Origin: Albugo candida
Taxonomy: Eukaryota
Assembly: GCA_040437565.1 (NCBI GenBank)
Contig: JBDOQK010000034.1
Span: 310,001-374,000, forward strand
Reading direction: 5' to 3'
DNA length: 64,000 nt
Part shown: positions 25,645 through 37,288 of the stretch, piece by piece
Numbering within the stretch: the stretch's first letter is position 1
Layout of the letters: each line of letters starts with the position of its first letter
Notes under the pieces: model-generated
The model's database searches: none
Told to the model about the DNA's origin: nothing
The model's input: only the letters and a program-made list of their open reading frames with translations
Position numbers and translations under genes: made by a program

Positions 25645-27210
25645 AGTAAAGCTCTGTTGGTATCGCATCTTACGTGTCGGGAGTAAACTATGGCATGAAT
25701 CGAATACTTTTTCTTGTAGAGCACCTTAGCATTGGAGTATCATACCCCTGATGACATCATCTTCTTTCTTCGACTGGATGGGAAATAAAGAAGGATTAGA
25801 GGATGACGCATCCATTAAAAATGATCATAATACGAAGCTCACGTCAGAAGAGGGGGGGGACAAGCGTGAAGCAGAGATGCTGGCGTTTTCGGCTGGACAG
25901 AATACTTCTTGGAACAAAGCAGAGGACGCGTCGCGCATTAAAGACGACACAATGCTTTGAACCTGTCTCACCCAATTGCATAGAAACGCGACAAAGGGAG
26001 TACGTTATCCGAGAGCACAGGACGGCGAGTCAATCAATCTGTTAAGTGCCAGTGCTCTTCTGTACAACAGAAAGGGTGAAATGTGATCCTTCTGACGCCC
26101 AAAAACACATGGAACAAAGTAGCTGGCTAGTCTAGTTTTCAATCTTTTAATGATGTGGTTTGCAATGCTAGGACTTCTAGTCGCATCTGTTGTAGAGATT
26201 CGAGCTACAAAAATCTGTAGCTAGCTTGTAATGATAAAGCCAAGCATCGACAAACGTTCTTATAGCGAGCAATAATCCGATTTCGCTGGTATCGTAGAAA
26301 AAGCTTGGATTCGGGAGAACATAGCCAAACCTTGCGTACAGCACGTCCCAATGTATCCCATCTTTGATTGAATCAGTTACAATACAATCGATACAAAATA
26401 CACAAAGGTGCTTGGAGGTAATTTGCTTATCAGTCCAATCTGATTTTTGGAAAAGAATGCAACGCACACTTTTCTTCTCAAACTTGGTGTTCATTATGGG
26501 AAGTTGTATCTTAATTGAGCAATCAAATATAGTTGATGATGGTATTCGAAGGCAATGACAACTAGCCAACTAAGAAAATGTCGAGGTCCCCACGAAAATA
26601 TGCTTGATGTGTCCTGTTCTAGCTGTGATCCGACAAGGTTGCGAGTCACAGAGCTTGCAACTTCAAAACTCGCGAGAGAGGACATCTGACATCGATCGGT
26701 AATGTACTTCTCCTATTACTGTTGATATGCTAACAACGTATTCGCTAAACTGCGCCTTTGGTACGTACAATCCCACAAAGTTAGAGAGGCAGACATGTTG
26801 CATATTGATAAATCCTGCAAATAAGTTGCCATTTATTATCCTTCTGTTGCTATGTCCCTACACTTCTAGCACCATGGACGCGTTTTGATAATCAAATGCT
26901 CTCGGAGAGACTATATACTCTAAGAATACCTTTGTTTGTTTAATAACCTACCTTACAAAATACTTCTGCTGACATCTCCGAGTGTACCACATTATTGAGT
27001 TTGGGGTAGAAGAAGTGGGACAGCTTCGTTTCGAAAAAGGTGATTACCTAGCTTTGGAGATTATTAGAACAGAGCATTAGGTTATTTGCTCATCGATTGA
27101 AATTTTTGATTTTATCTGATCGGAAAATAACTGGCTTTAGTTTGATCCCTGAGTCAAATTGTATCTCATTTTTCAAAATAACTAGAAGAGCTCTGACAAC
27201 CAACAATTTG

Positions 27211-27648
27211 ATGAGAACGAGCCAGCGTGTATGGTTGACTGCGATTATGCAAATGATCGTATGGTTTCGGTTTGATCGTCTCTTCGTGGAGTGTCATGAA
27301 CGAGACGCAGTCTGTGTTACGTGGCATCCCGCTGTGCATACGACAGAAGGACAATCATCAACTCCATCGACACCACAGAAGCGCATGATAAATGAACATC
27401 TTAGTTGCATTACTTCTGTATTGGGGCTAGCTGAGAGTTACGTCGTACAATACGTGAACGGGGTAATGAAGATTTCTGTCAAGTTCAAGAGTGCTGTGAT
27501 TCCCGGAACCCCGAGTACGAATGGTTGCCTTGGCGCTACTGTTGAAGATGGTCTTTGTAAACAACATTATGAAATGATTATTCCCAAAGCCGAAGATCCA
27601 GTCGAGCAAAGTGGAACTATTCCTGGAATTCCTGACCTTATTGAATGA
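27211..27648 (+). CDS. Orphan 145-aa Cys-containing protein, candidate secreted protein
   Basis: Intact ORF in otherwise decayed DNA. It has a hydrophobic N-terminal stretch (VWLTAIMQMIVWF), 5 Cys, and an Inr-like TCATTTT at 27166-27172. No recognisable homology. Confidence 0.4.
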   Translation: MRTSQRVWLTAIMQMIVWFRFDRLFVECHERDAVCVTWHPAVHTTEGQSSTPSTPQKRMINEHLSCITSVLGLAESYVVQYVNGVMKISVKFKSAVIPGTPSTNGCLGATVEDGLCKQHYEMIIPKAEDPVEQSGTIPGIPDLIE

Positions 27649-29450
27649 GTGCTGTAAAAACGCCGATTGATTGGTGAAAAAGACGTGGAATCGAACGATT
27701 GCACCAAAAGCATTTGCAATAAACTAGGAAATATATTATAACAGCAAATACTATCCGTAGGTTATTTGCTAAGCAATCTGCTAAGCAATCAATCGAGCTA
27801 ACACAACACGTGTCATCCTCTGGTATCCTCATGTGGCTATCTGCCGGTAAGAGTTGACTCGATAGACATTCCTATAAAAGCTCCGGTATAGCGAAAACAT
27901 TCACTGCGTCATGAGACTTACTTACGCATCGTAAAGTATCCACATATGCGCTCATATGATCCACCTCTATTCCAGCCGTGTCCCTTTGATTCCCTGACGC
28001 AACTTTGTCATACTCGCCATAATGGGTGAATTTCGAACTATGTATCTTAATTATCGATTGGCATGCACAACGTATGACATGGGACCCATCACGGAGTCGA
28101 TGAGGAAATGCATAACGCTCTACAAGAGACCTAGCTGTTATCTTAAAGCAAAGTGACCTTNNNNNNNNNNNNNNNNNNNNNNNNNNNNNNNNNNNNNNNN
28201 NNNNNNNNNNNNNNNNNNNNNNNNNNNNNNNNNNNNNNNNNNNNNNNNNNNNNNNNNNNNAAACTCTTTGCTGAGTAGGTGAACATGTTTTGAATCTTTT
28301 TTGTGTTTCCGACCAAGCACAAATAAAGTGACCTTCAAAAGAGGTACTCCTGATGCCTAAATCCGAGCACTCAACGATTTCATGTGCAAACGCTATTCCA
28401 GAACCATGATCAGGAAAGCCATCGATACTTCAAAGCAAAGGTAGCGTAGGTACAACGCAACTTTGGTTACACAGCGCGTAGAGCTCTTGTTGACACTTAG
28501 TTTGATTTTTGAAAAAGGGACGCTTTAAACCGCAGCGCTGCAAACGCTTTTCTCTTTCGGTGTCGAGTGCTCAAACACTACGGCGTTCATTTTATACTCC
28601 ATCTGAGCTCAATTCTAATGTCCCGCCAAATTGTCTCAAAAGCTACTTCCTGTATGCTCTGGCTGCATTTGCATTCTCCACTGGCTAGGATTCGCCGAAG
28701 TCATATACGCTTTGTTGTTAGACTTGAAGAATACTACGTACATGTTCACAATGTAGATATTTTGTTATGCAACTAGCGTCGGTAAGTCAAGACACAGTAT
28801 TGACTTCACTATCTGTGAAGCTGCATTTAGTACATCGAGCTTTGTTTGAGCAGCTGCTGCTGGTGTGCATTCTAAAGCATAGATGGCTCCCGAAATTAAA
28901 AGTATCAGAAGCTCAAGCGCACTCGATCATCGAAGAGCATTTGCTAATTCTACTTTCTGTAGAGCAACGGATGTGGTTCAGATGGCCATACAAATAATGT
29001 CACATGAACTACGAACATAATCGATGATTTGGAAGCAAGAAAAGAAGTTCACGATTGCATTTTGAACTATTAGTACATATGCTTCATTGGACGGCTCTTT
29101 GATCGGATGCAATCGGCCGCGCACGAATGCAATATGTTGAGTCTTTCAGAATTACTATGAGTCCATATATCTTATACTTATGCAGAGAGATTATTCAGGA
29201 GCGACGGCATGGTGGAGATATGTTTAGTATAGGCTCTAAAATCCATGGTAGACATCTCTGCGCCAACTTTCGATCATGTGTGTCTTACAGGTTTGATCAC
29301 AGGCTTATGACGCCTTAATGTTGCTGAGGTTTTTTCGAGGCTCGAGATCCAAAGTGACCTTGTAAAGTGGTTCCTTTCAGCGATAGCCGCAACGGTGGCA
29401 TTTTTATATTAATACGTTTCTCTATTTGGATGATTTAGTAGAGGAAACTG

Positions 29451-30590
29451 TACATCCAGCGGGCATGGAGTGACCGTATACATCTCCTTCTTCGTTCACG
29501 CAGTCTGCTACTGACTCGCAAAATCGAGCTCGGCGCAAACGACTCAGTGAGGATCAGCTCGAATCCCAAATCAAAGATCCTCAGCGCAGCAGGTTCTCCG
29601 ACAAAATATTTCACATTTTGAGGTGTCTATTCCCGCGTTGGCATGAATAGCTCATTAACCACAATCGGAACGGCTACAAGATCGGTACAGACAGCGAAAA
29701 GGCCTCTATCAATACCGATTTCTCCAGGTCACAATTCTACGATAGAATGAATACAGCTATACATCTTGTACCTTAACGCCTTCGCAACCTGATCACCAGT
29801 GCAGGAGTTCCAAAGGCTTTCCTTTCTCTTATAGCCCCGGGACCGGATAGCATACAGGGGGAACACCTAAAGTGCATCCCTTCAGCGACTACTTTGCGAC
29901 TAGCCACCTTTATCAATCATGCTGTCGCGACCGCAAAGAGACCCTTCTAAAACATGAAGCTTACTGAAAACCACCAGAAAACGCTATCGCTCATTATGAT
30001 AGAGTACGCGATTAGGTTGACGCTTGGCTATCACCCAACCCGAGTGGATATAGAAGCGCCAAAAGTGTGGCAGATTCAGTATGGGCCCGTAACGGAGTGA
30101 GGCATTAACTTGCAAACATCAACGTACTGTGCATATACTTCGTATCGAATTAAGCAAGGCGTTTCACACGATTGACAGATTCAACCTTATCGCATTGCGA
30201 CTATTTAATTCCCCAGACGACGTAATCTCATCATACTACTTCTCACCGACACTACCTAGCAGCTCTGTATCGGAACCCGGAGCTTTTAGTAATCACGGCA
30301 ACCATAAGTTGGTTCACTTCTCCCTCTTCTATTCATCATCTATCTGGAAGCGGCACTCCGTTAGTTATGCATTATTTTCACGCAACTATGGAGCAGCTTA
30401 TAGCAGTTATCTATTTCGATGATTTTAATTCTGTTCATTCTCAGTAGGACACCCTTGATAGAATCTTCGGCACCGCGCAAACAGTCTTCTACAGATAGAT
30501 CCTTCACATCAAGACTGAACAGACGTAAATTTCCACATTCAAGTAAAATCAGTGGCGTCTCTTCCGGAAGTTAGGCACGACCATGAAGAA
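29451..30590 (+). mobile_element. Decayed RTE-like non-LTR retrotransposon, linker and reverse transcriptase part
   Basis: Motifs APGPDSIQGEHLK, VDAWLSPNPSGYR, HILRIELSKAFHTIDR, SLLPLLFIIYLEAALR, IYFDD (degenerate YADD) and WRLFRKLG. Confidence 0.78.
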
Positions 30591-30599
30591 TAGCACAAT

Positions 30600-31556
30600 G
30601 GAAAGAATACGCAAATCGAGGGTTTTCTGAAACGTGGAAACTATCGATTCGTCCTCGCGAAACAAGGGGCAGGGTAGGTCCATTAACGTCAGCGACTTTC
30701 TTTGCAACAGCATCGGCCAGTTAGCACTTGATGAAGAGAAGGCTTCTGTTCATCCAGATCTACAAGTAGCGGCCTACATCATCATACAACCTGGCACGCA
30801 GCATGAGGGATGGTGGACGTCGTAGAAACCGCGCAAACAAGTCTGTCAATTGGCTATCCCAATCTTTGAGGCTCAGTTTCCCGTCTGTCAAGCTCTTTTT
30901 GCTTTCGACAATGCAATTGGTCAAAGTGAATTCGCCGGCGATGCCCTTCGCGGCAACGCAATGAATTTGTCCAGTGAAGGCAAGCAGCCAAAGATGCGCG
31001 CAACAACGTGGGGAAATGGAGTTTCTCAGGAAATGATTTCTGCTTATGACCATCCTGATGAAATGCTCAGTCGTCAGGCAACGGGATTGAAAGTTATGCT
31101 GGAGGAACGTGGGCTGTGGGATGAAGGCGCAATGCAAAATTTGTCCCGTGGATGGCACACCTTGCTGCGCCATACGAATTATGACCAATAAATCATATCA
31201 AATCGCAAGTAGGAAGGATAGAAGAGCGAATTGTTGCCGCAGGTCATCAAGTGATAAATTACCCAAAATTTCAGTGCGAGCTCAGCTTCATCGAACATTT
31301 TTGGAGAGCCACCATGCGATACGCCAGAAAACAGTTCGATTACACTTGGAAAAATTTACTGGTAACAGTTCCAGCTGCCTTGGCATCTGTTCCACTGGGC
31401 GACACATGTTGGCACTCACGAAATTCTTTGCGATACATGGACGCTTACCGAAAAGGTCTCACAGGAAAAGCAGCAGAGTATGCGGTAAAAAAGCACAAAC
31501 CCACCGACATGTACCCAATTCTGTTTTGATGCATGTGGCTGTTATGACAGGATAAA
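30600..31556 (+). mobile_element. IS630/Tc1/mariner-superfamily DDE transposase relic, C-terminal half
   Basis: Motifs KGQGRSINVSDFL, ALFAFDNA, GLKVMLEERGLW, YPKFQCELSFIEHFW, RYMDAYRKGL and HRHVPNS, with stops and frameshifts. Same family as 32829-33770 and 58726-60834. Confidence 0.8.
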
Positions 31557-32828
31557 TAATGAGTGTCAACCTGCGGCTTTTCTGAGCAATTTTATTGACA
31601 CTTGCCGCAGAAAGAATATTTGAGAGATTAAAAACCCCACGGGTAGACGGCCAAATTTTCTTCAACCCTAGCAAAATGCCAAAATTCAGACGACTTTTGC
31701 AACGCTAATGCTCCATGAAAAGTTGAGTAAAAGTCCAAGACTTCTGGAGGGAAGCTCAGGGCATAATCTTTGTTGCCAAAGGCTTTTTTTTGTGTAATTT
31801 GTATTCGGGCCAAGCCTTACCGATTCTTGCAGGGCCACTAAAGTTGCTGGTTTTCAGTGATATGCACTATACAACACTTCAAATCCTATGTACCAGCAAA
31901 TCTGATTGGAAAATGTGTGCAGCAATGATCAACGCACAGTGAACGAAACGTTCAAGCATATAGGCGCCTACTGATGTAGCCAGTTGCTGATGATACATCA
32001 CGGCTAAGATTTGTCTTATGAATTCTTCTTTGATAGCAGTGATTGATTTCACACAGAATGGCTTACTGAAATTGCTTAGCGCAACTTAGATGGATTGAGT
32101 GCCCCAACATTCACGCACCTTTGGATTCGAATAATGGTGCAATCGAGTTTTCAGATGCGCTCACTGCAGCATCAATTCCTTTGCAATATTCACGTTTAAA
32201 ACTAAGGAACAGCGCTCGCGTTAGGCTCCTCATTTCAGGCATGTTTGTATGTTACTGAATGAGCTCTCAATCGATATCGACGTAATTGGCGAACACTTCA
32301 TGGACCTCCTTTAGTACACTGCAAATCTATTTGTGCATTCAGGCTCCACCCACAAACATAGGCGATGATCACGCACAGATCGAGGATTAAGCGGAAAAAT
32401 ATATTACAACAATAATCACTAGACGTTTTCAGTAACATGGCCCTTACCTAGGAAGCCATTACCATATGCTCACAGTCTTTAACTTCTCGCTGTAGTCTCA
32501 AGAATAAAGATGAGTACAAGACTTTGACCTTGATTTGAAGATTGATCTAAAAATTTCCCATGCACATGCCTAGGTACATAGCGAGTACATACCAGTATTG
32601 GACAAAAATGAACTGTAGTGCAAGTCATCTGTAACCTGTAATTATTATTTTTTGCGGCCAACATTGAAGAATCATCAAACATAAACCGTCAACTAATACA
32701 ATTGGCGTAGATTTACCCCCCACAAATACCATTCCAGCAGCTTTTTCCCCAATCACATCTACCAACCATTTTGCTCATTTGACAACAAAACACCTTCCTT
32801 TTTTCTGCCAGCCCATTGATCTAGCAGC

Positions 32829-33770
32829 ATGCCTCGAACATCAAAACAGCAACGTCACATGAAAGCTATACGGGCTGCTTATGAGACGAAAAAACCCGGA
32901 AATATATCAAGTTCAACTATCGAAAAAAGGAGCGATGTAAAGGCGGATTTAGAAGTTGAATTCGAGGTTCGAGGAAGAGCAAACGGACACCATTATTGTG
33001 AGTATTGAGTCTGCTTGTAAACGGCCTTCTCGGTACCTTAGAGACTACGACAGAACGAAGCGGCGCAATAGAGCAGCGCAGAAAAAAGTAGCTATTGATT
33101 CAAGAAAGCTAGATACATACTTCAAGGCAAAAGCCACACAGCGTCAGCCTATAGACTCTGAAAGAGAGGACTTGATAGATGAAAAACCTCTTTATTCTCA
33201 CAACAATCTTCAAAGAGCGCTTGTGAAATTGGGAAAACAAAATAAATCTCATGAGGAAAGTATGCAGCTGCGTCTTGCCTCTGCTGCAGCATACTTCAGG
33301 CTTATACTCTGCTGCAGTGAGGTAAAGTTAATTCATTTGCACATTCTCTAGCGCAATTTTATTTTATTTATTAACGGTCAATCGTGATTGCAAAATAAAG
33401 AGTTACTGCCTCGCAAATAATTGCGGCGGCGAAGGGAAAAGGGCGTTGGTTTGCCGAGATGCTTCGTGTCTGGGGACGTGTATATCTTGAAACTGTTTTT
33501 TTTCCCGAGAGCAAGCAGGGAAAGCATGTTACTATTGTTTTGAAGCTTTACATTCGAAACAATAAATTCTGCATAGTACCAACGGATTTTACCAAGCATG
33601 TCAACGAGCANNNNNNNNNNNNNNNNNNNNNNNNNNNNNNNNNNNNNNNNNNNNNNNNNNNNNNNNNNNNNNNNNNNNNNNNNNNNNNNNNNNNNNNNNN
33701 NNNNNNNNNNCATCGAAGAGTTCCAGACTCAGTTCACACAGACAGCAATGCTTTAGTAGCTACTGTATGA
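32829..33770 (+). mobile_element. Same Tc1/mariner-like family: N-terminus and extreme C-terminus; the middle is lost in the gap at 33611-33710 or deleted
   Basis: Starts MPRTSKQQRH, contains RTKRRNRAAQKK and FPESKQGKH, and after the gap reads HRRVPDSV. These match the minus-strand copy (MPRLIKQTKH, LPELMQGKHAK, HRRVPNSI). Confidence 0.72.
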
Positions 33771-33813
33771 AGCTGTAAGTATAATATAAAGATAATATAT
33801 TACACTTGTACTC

Positions 33814-33842
33814 AAACCCTAATCCCTAAAGCCTAAACCTAA
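33814..33842. repeat. Short degenerate telomere-like (CCCTAAA)n tract
   Basis: AAACCCTAATCCCTAAAGCCTAAACCTAA, about 4 imperfect units. Confidence 0.45.
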
Positions 33843-33978
33843 TTTGCCCACCGATCGCGGCCAATTTTTACGCTTTGATAGGAAACACTAGTTAAATCTA
33901 GAGAAACAAGGCAGTTTTTAGCGACTTATAAATTATCCAAAAATCATCCACTTCAAAATCCAAGCCTTTTGCTTTGCA

Positions 33979-34160
33979 GATGGTACACATAATTATAATA
34001 TGTGTACTTTTTATTTATATGTAGGGAATTGTTATATTCACTCCCTTTTAATTCACGTGACACACGTTATTATACGCAATTAGGAGATTGTTATATTGAC
34101 TCCCTTTTCGGTTAGATTCACTCCCTTCCAAGTCACGTGACCCACATTATTATACATTCA
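33979..34160 (-). repeat. Dispersed remnant of the subterminal region of the MULE family at 61990-63219
   Basis: 33979-34050 matches the reverse complement of ~63105-63176 (CACATAATTATA...TACTTTTTATTTATAT.TAGG.AATTGTTATA..CACTCCCTTTT). The GTTATATT.ACTCCCTTTT and TCACGTGAC motifs repeat internally. Confidence 0.65.
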
Positions 34161-36799
34161 AACATTATCGTCTTCTTTATGTGTCACACCCTGGTTTTAT
34201 GCGAGCATACCGATGATTTGCTGAAACTCCCTGACAGGCTGGAAATTGTACCGATTGAGTAGACGTCTACTTTTCTCGGCTTGCCTTCTAGTTTATTCTC
34301 TCATTGTGTCGGCACGGGCAACAGAGCTTGTTTGAAGTCAGGCTTTGCGTATTTGATAACTCTTTCCAGGAGCATATCTTCTGCTCCACCGACTGCTTCA
34401 CTGACTGCCGAGAAAATAAGAAAATTCTTGCTTCAAGAACATCCAGCTGTTTTTTTGCCGTAAAATAGCGTCATGCCTGCGTTTTGGTGATGCTGGGTCG
34501 ACACACTTCGTAATGCGGTTCATCACTTCTTTGATGTTAGAGCCCTGAGTCATCCATTGAGGGACTTAGTGAGAGCTTTCCCGCTCAGATGGTGTCCTAG
34601 ACAGTGCAGCTTCTCCTCCTCACTAGATGCTTACTGGACATGCGATAGTTGACACAAGAAACGATAAACCCATTGGATGAACGGCTCTCCAAGTATATAG
34701 TATGTTTCTCTCCCATCAAATGGCTGAATTGCTAGCTTCATATCCCTTCAATTTGTCTCGATTTAGCCCGTGTAACGCATTATGTTCCATGGAATGGAAA
34801 AAGCTTATCCTCATTTCGTTTCCACGATGCAGCATCGGTTTCGCATCCAAGGATGACATTTTAAAATAATGTCCTTGGTTGTTTGAACCTGCAAATACGC
34901 TTTCCATTCGCGGATAGGTGGTGCTGGTAAGGGTGAGCTGATGATCCGCACGACTTTCATCTTGTCCAGTCGATTCCCGAGTGTCTCTAGCACATCATTC
35001 GATGCATCTTCGACTCATCTGGTTCATCGTATTTCTCGATGGTGTTGGCTGGTGAAATCTTGTTTGGGCTCATCACCTGTTGGCAGGCAAGCGAAGATGG
35101 TTGCGTTCCAGGAAAATTACCAAAGCTGGCATTTTTACCTTAAAGCACATTCTAAATTTCTTTTAACAGTGCTTGCAAAATAGAATGAGTATAACAAGGT
35201 AGGAGCATTCATTGCTTGCATGGAGTCCTGCCTAGTTCCGCTTGCTGCACCGTGCCGAGACTTCTTTAATCTTACTGCATGATTAAATTGATCAATTTTT
35301 CTTCACCGACGACGTGAATCTGTCACGTCGCAAAATGTATTATGCCTCACATATTGGAACTAGCGAGATTGTGTCCACCATAAGTAAATGATCCACTTGA
35401 AAAGCTGTTCGGATGACTTTATCGGATTTATTGATATAGTTGTTGAGCTTTCGCACATACAGAATTTTTGCATCATACAGTATTGGACCAGCTTGTCCGT
35501 CTGTAGTCGCTGAAGTGAATCCTTGGCCACCACTCAAATGGCCTCTCCAAACTTTCTAGTACGAATGGTTAGCATTTTGTTTTTCTTTATTAGTGTATAT
35601 TTGCGAAACAAGTATGAATTTTTCTTTGATGCAGCTACCCTGTTGAATTCTTTGCGCTTACTGGAAGAATTTGTAATTCTCTCCCCATGTTATTGGTAAG
35701 GCTATTAGCTCATTGATACCATTTTCAACTCCATGGAGAAATGATTGCTATTCTTTGAACCAGACACTGTATATATGGAAAGACTCTGGCGGAACCGGTG
35801 TTCGTTAACGATTTTCATCAATAATCTTTGGCAGTAGTGGTATGCGGAGCTGCGATAAATTCGTTTTTATAAGTTAAAAAAGTTTTTCTTTTATTGTATT
35901 TTATTTTTCTAAATTTTTAAATATATACCTTTGTTAAAAAAATTAAGCGGTTTTACAAAAGGGCCCAATACCTTGTATTTTGTGCATTCAGCTGCATTTT
36001 CTCGATAATTGGTCCAATTGTTGCAGAATTCGACATTGAACTTGTATTGAATCTTCCTTGCCGTTCCATTCGCAATTATATGCTGTTCGGACAATTCCAC
36101 TTAAACGACATTATTTCCATAAGATAGAACCGCATCTCCAATAAAGTCACGGCTACTTGGATTTATTAGTGTTGATCAGCACAGTACAATCGCCATTTTG
36201 CGCAAAAATCGGGCTTTCTTCTGGCAAAAAAAGACAAATGACCGAGATAAAAGTGGAGAAAGATGGAACGGGTAGCAGATAGTAACCCATAGGGTACATA
36301 TGCATGCGCATTGATATGGAGAACGAGACTTTGTTAAACATATCAACAAAACGAGTATTTATTTCTTGCTCATATTCGGAGATCACTTCTTATTTCCAAG
36401 ATGTTCCTAGAACTATGATGTTTCTCTTGAGCCGATAATAAGAAGATCTGAGAAACATGTAATGACGCAAGAGAGCAAAAATATGTAATTAGATAAAGAT
36501 TGCTGGTAAATTAGAAAAATGTCTCGTGCAAAGATCTTTACTTCACGTTTTCTTATTGGAGTGCTTCTTTGGAATGGAAATTTTTTGTAGAAAAGGGGCA
36601 AGTAGAGGAGGTGTCAGGGGGCACCACGTCCGAAGAACATGAATTTCCTTTTTTAGAGATTTACTTTAGTAACTACAGCATAGGTAGTACACAGCGTGAT
36701 CGTTAGTGCTTAACGTATTGTCCAATTATATAAACGATGCTGCTGCCGTATTCCGCAAGAATGTTGTAAAGTAGCACACACTCTTGTCCTTTTACTGTG

Positions 36800-37106
36800 A
36801 CCTATATCGATGAGCAAATTGCTATACTTGGTGGTGTCTAAAGACAAACTTCCATTTATATCACATTTTTGCTGCAAAAAGGACACAATTGCTAGCAACT
36901 CCGTGTCATAGAATACTAGTAAGCACTATCGATTCGTTTACATCAAGGCAATCGTAGGCCCGGGTATGCTTAGTGCACATAAACCCGGGCCACTACACAC
37001 TAGTCTCAAACTTTGGGACAAGTGTGTTTTCATTGCCTAAGAAATATACTGATCTGACATATTCAGTGAATAGTAACGATAGTGTGAAACTATAGGTTGA
37101 TGTCAT
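36800..37106 (-). repeat. Left part of a ~0.68-kb tandem repeat array, interrupted by the Gypsy insertion
   Basis: Shares TGCTAGCAACTCC, CACTAGT.TCAAA and ATATTCAGTGAATAGTA.CGATAG with 49930-50180 and 50610-50775. Confidence 0.8.
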
Positions 37107-37288
37107 TGATATCTCGTTCACTCCTGAACAAGTCTTCACTGCTTCAACCACCGACGGCTTCGGGGTTGTTCGACTCCGATAACTGCAAAATCAAAAGTGT
37201 ATTATACAAGATCATCTGGTACCGGTTTTTATGGAAAGATATGAAAGATACGCGTGACCTAACCTTGGGATGGATACCCAACCCATCA
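37107..37288 (-). repeat. Gypsy 3' LTR
   Basis: About 150 bp (37137-37288) are roughly 90% identical by eye to 49017-49170. Lies next to the polypurine tract. Confidence 0.85.

Noticed and set aside
34200..36100. Possible protein-coding gene
   Set aside because: Only short, stop-riddled frames with no recognisable motif or consistent splice model. The same applies to 31850-32700 and 63240-64000.
36957..36991. GGCCCGGGT...ACCCGGGCC hairpin as a regulatory element
   Set aside because: Present in only one unit of the tandem array, where it replaces a deleted segment. Most likely a repair scar.
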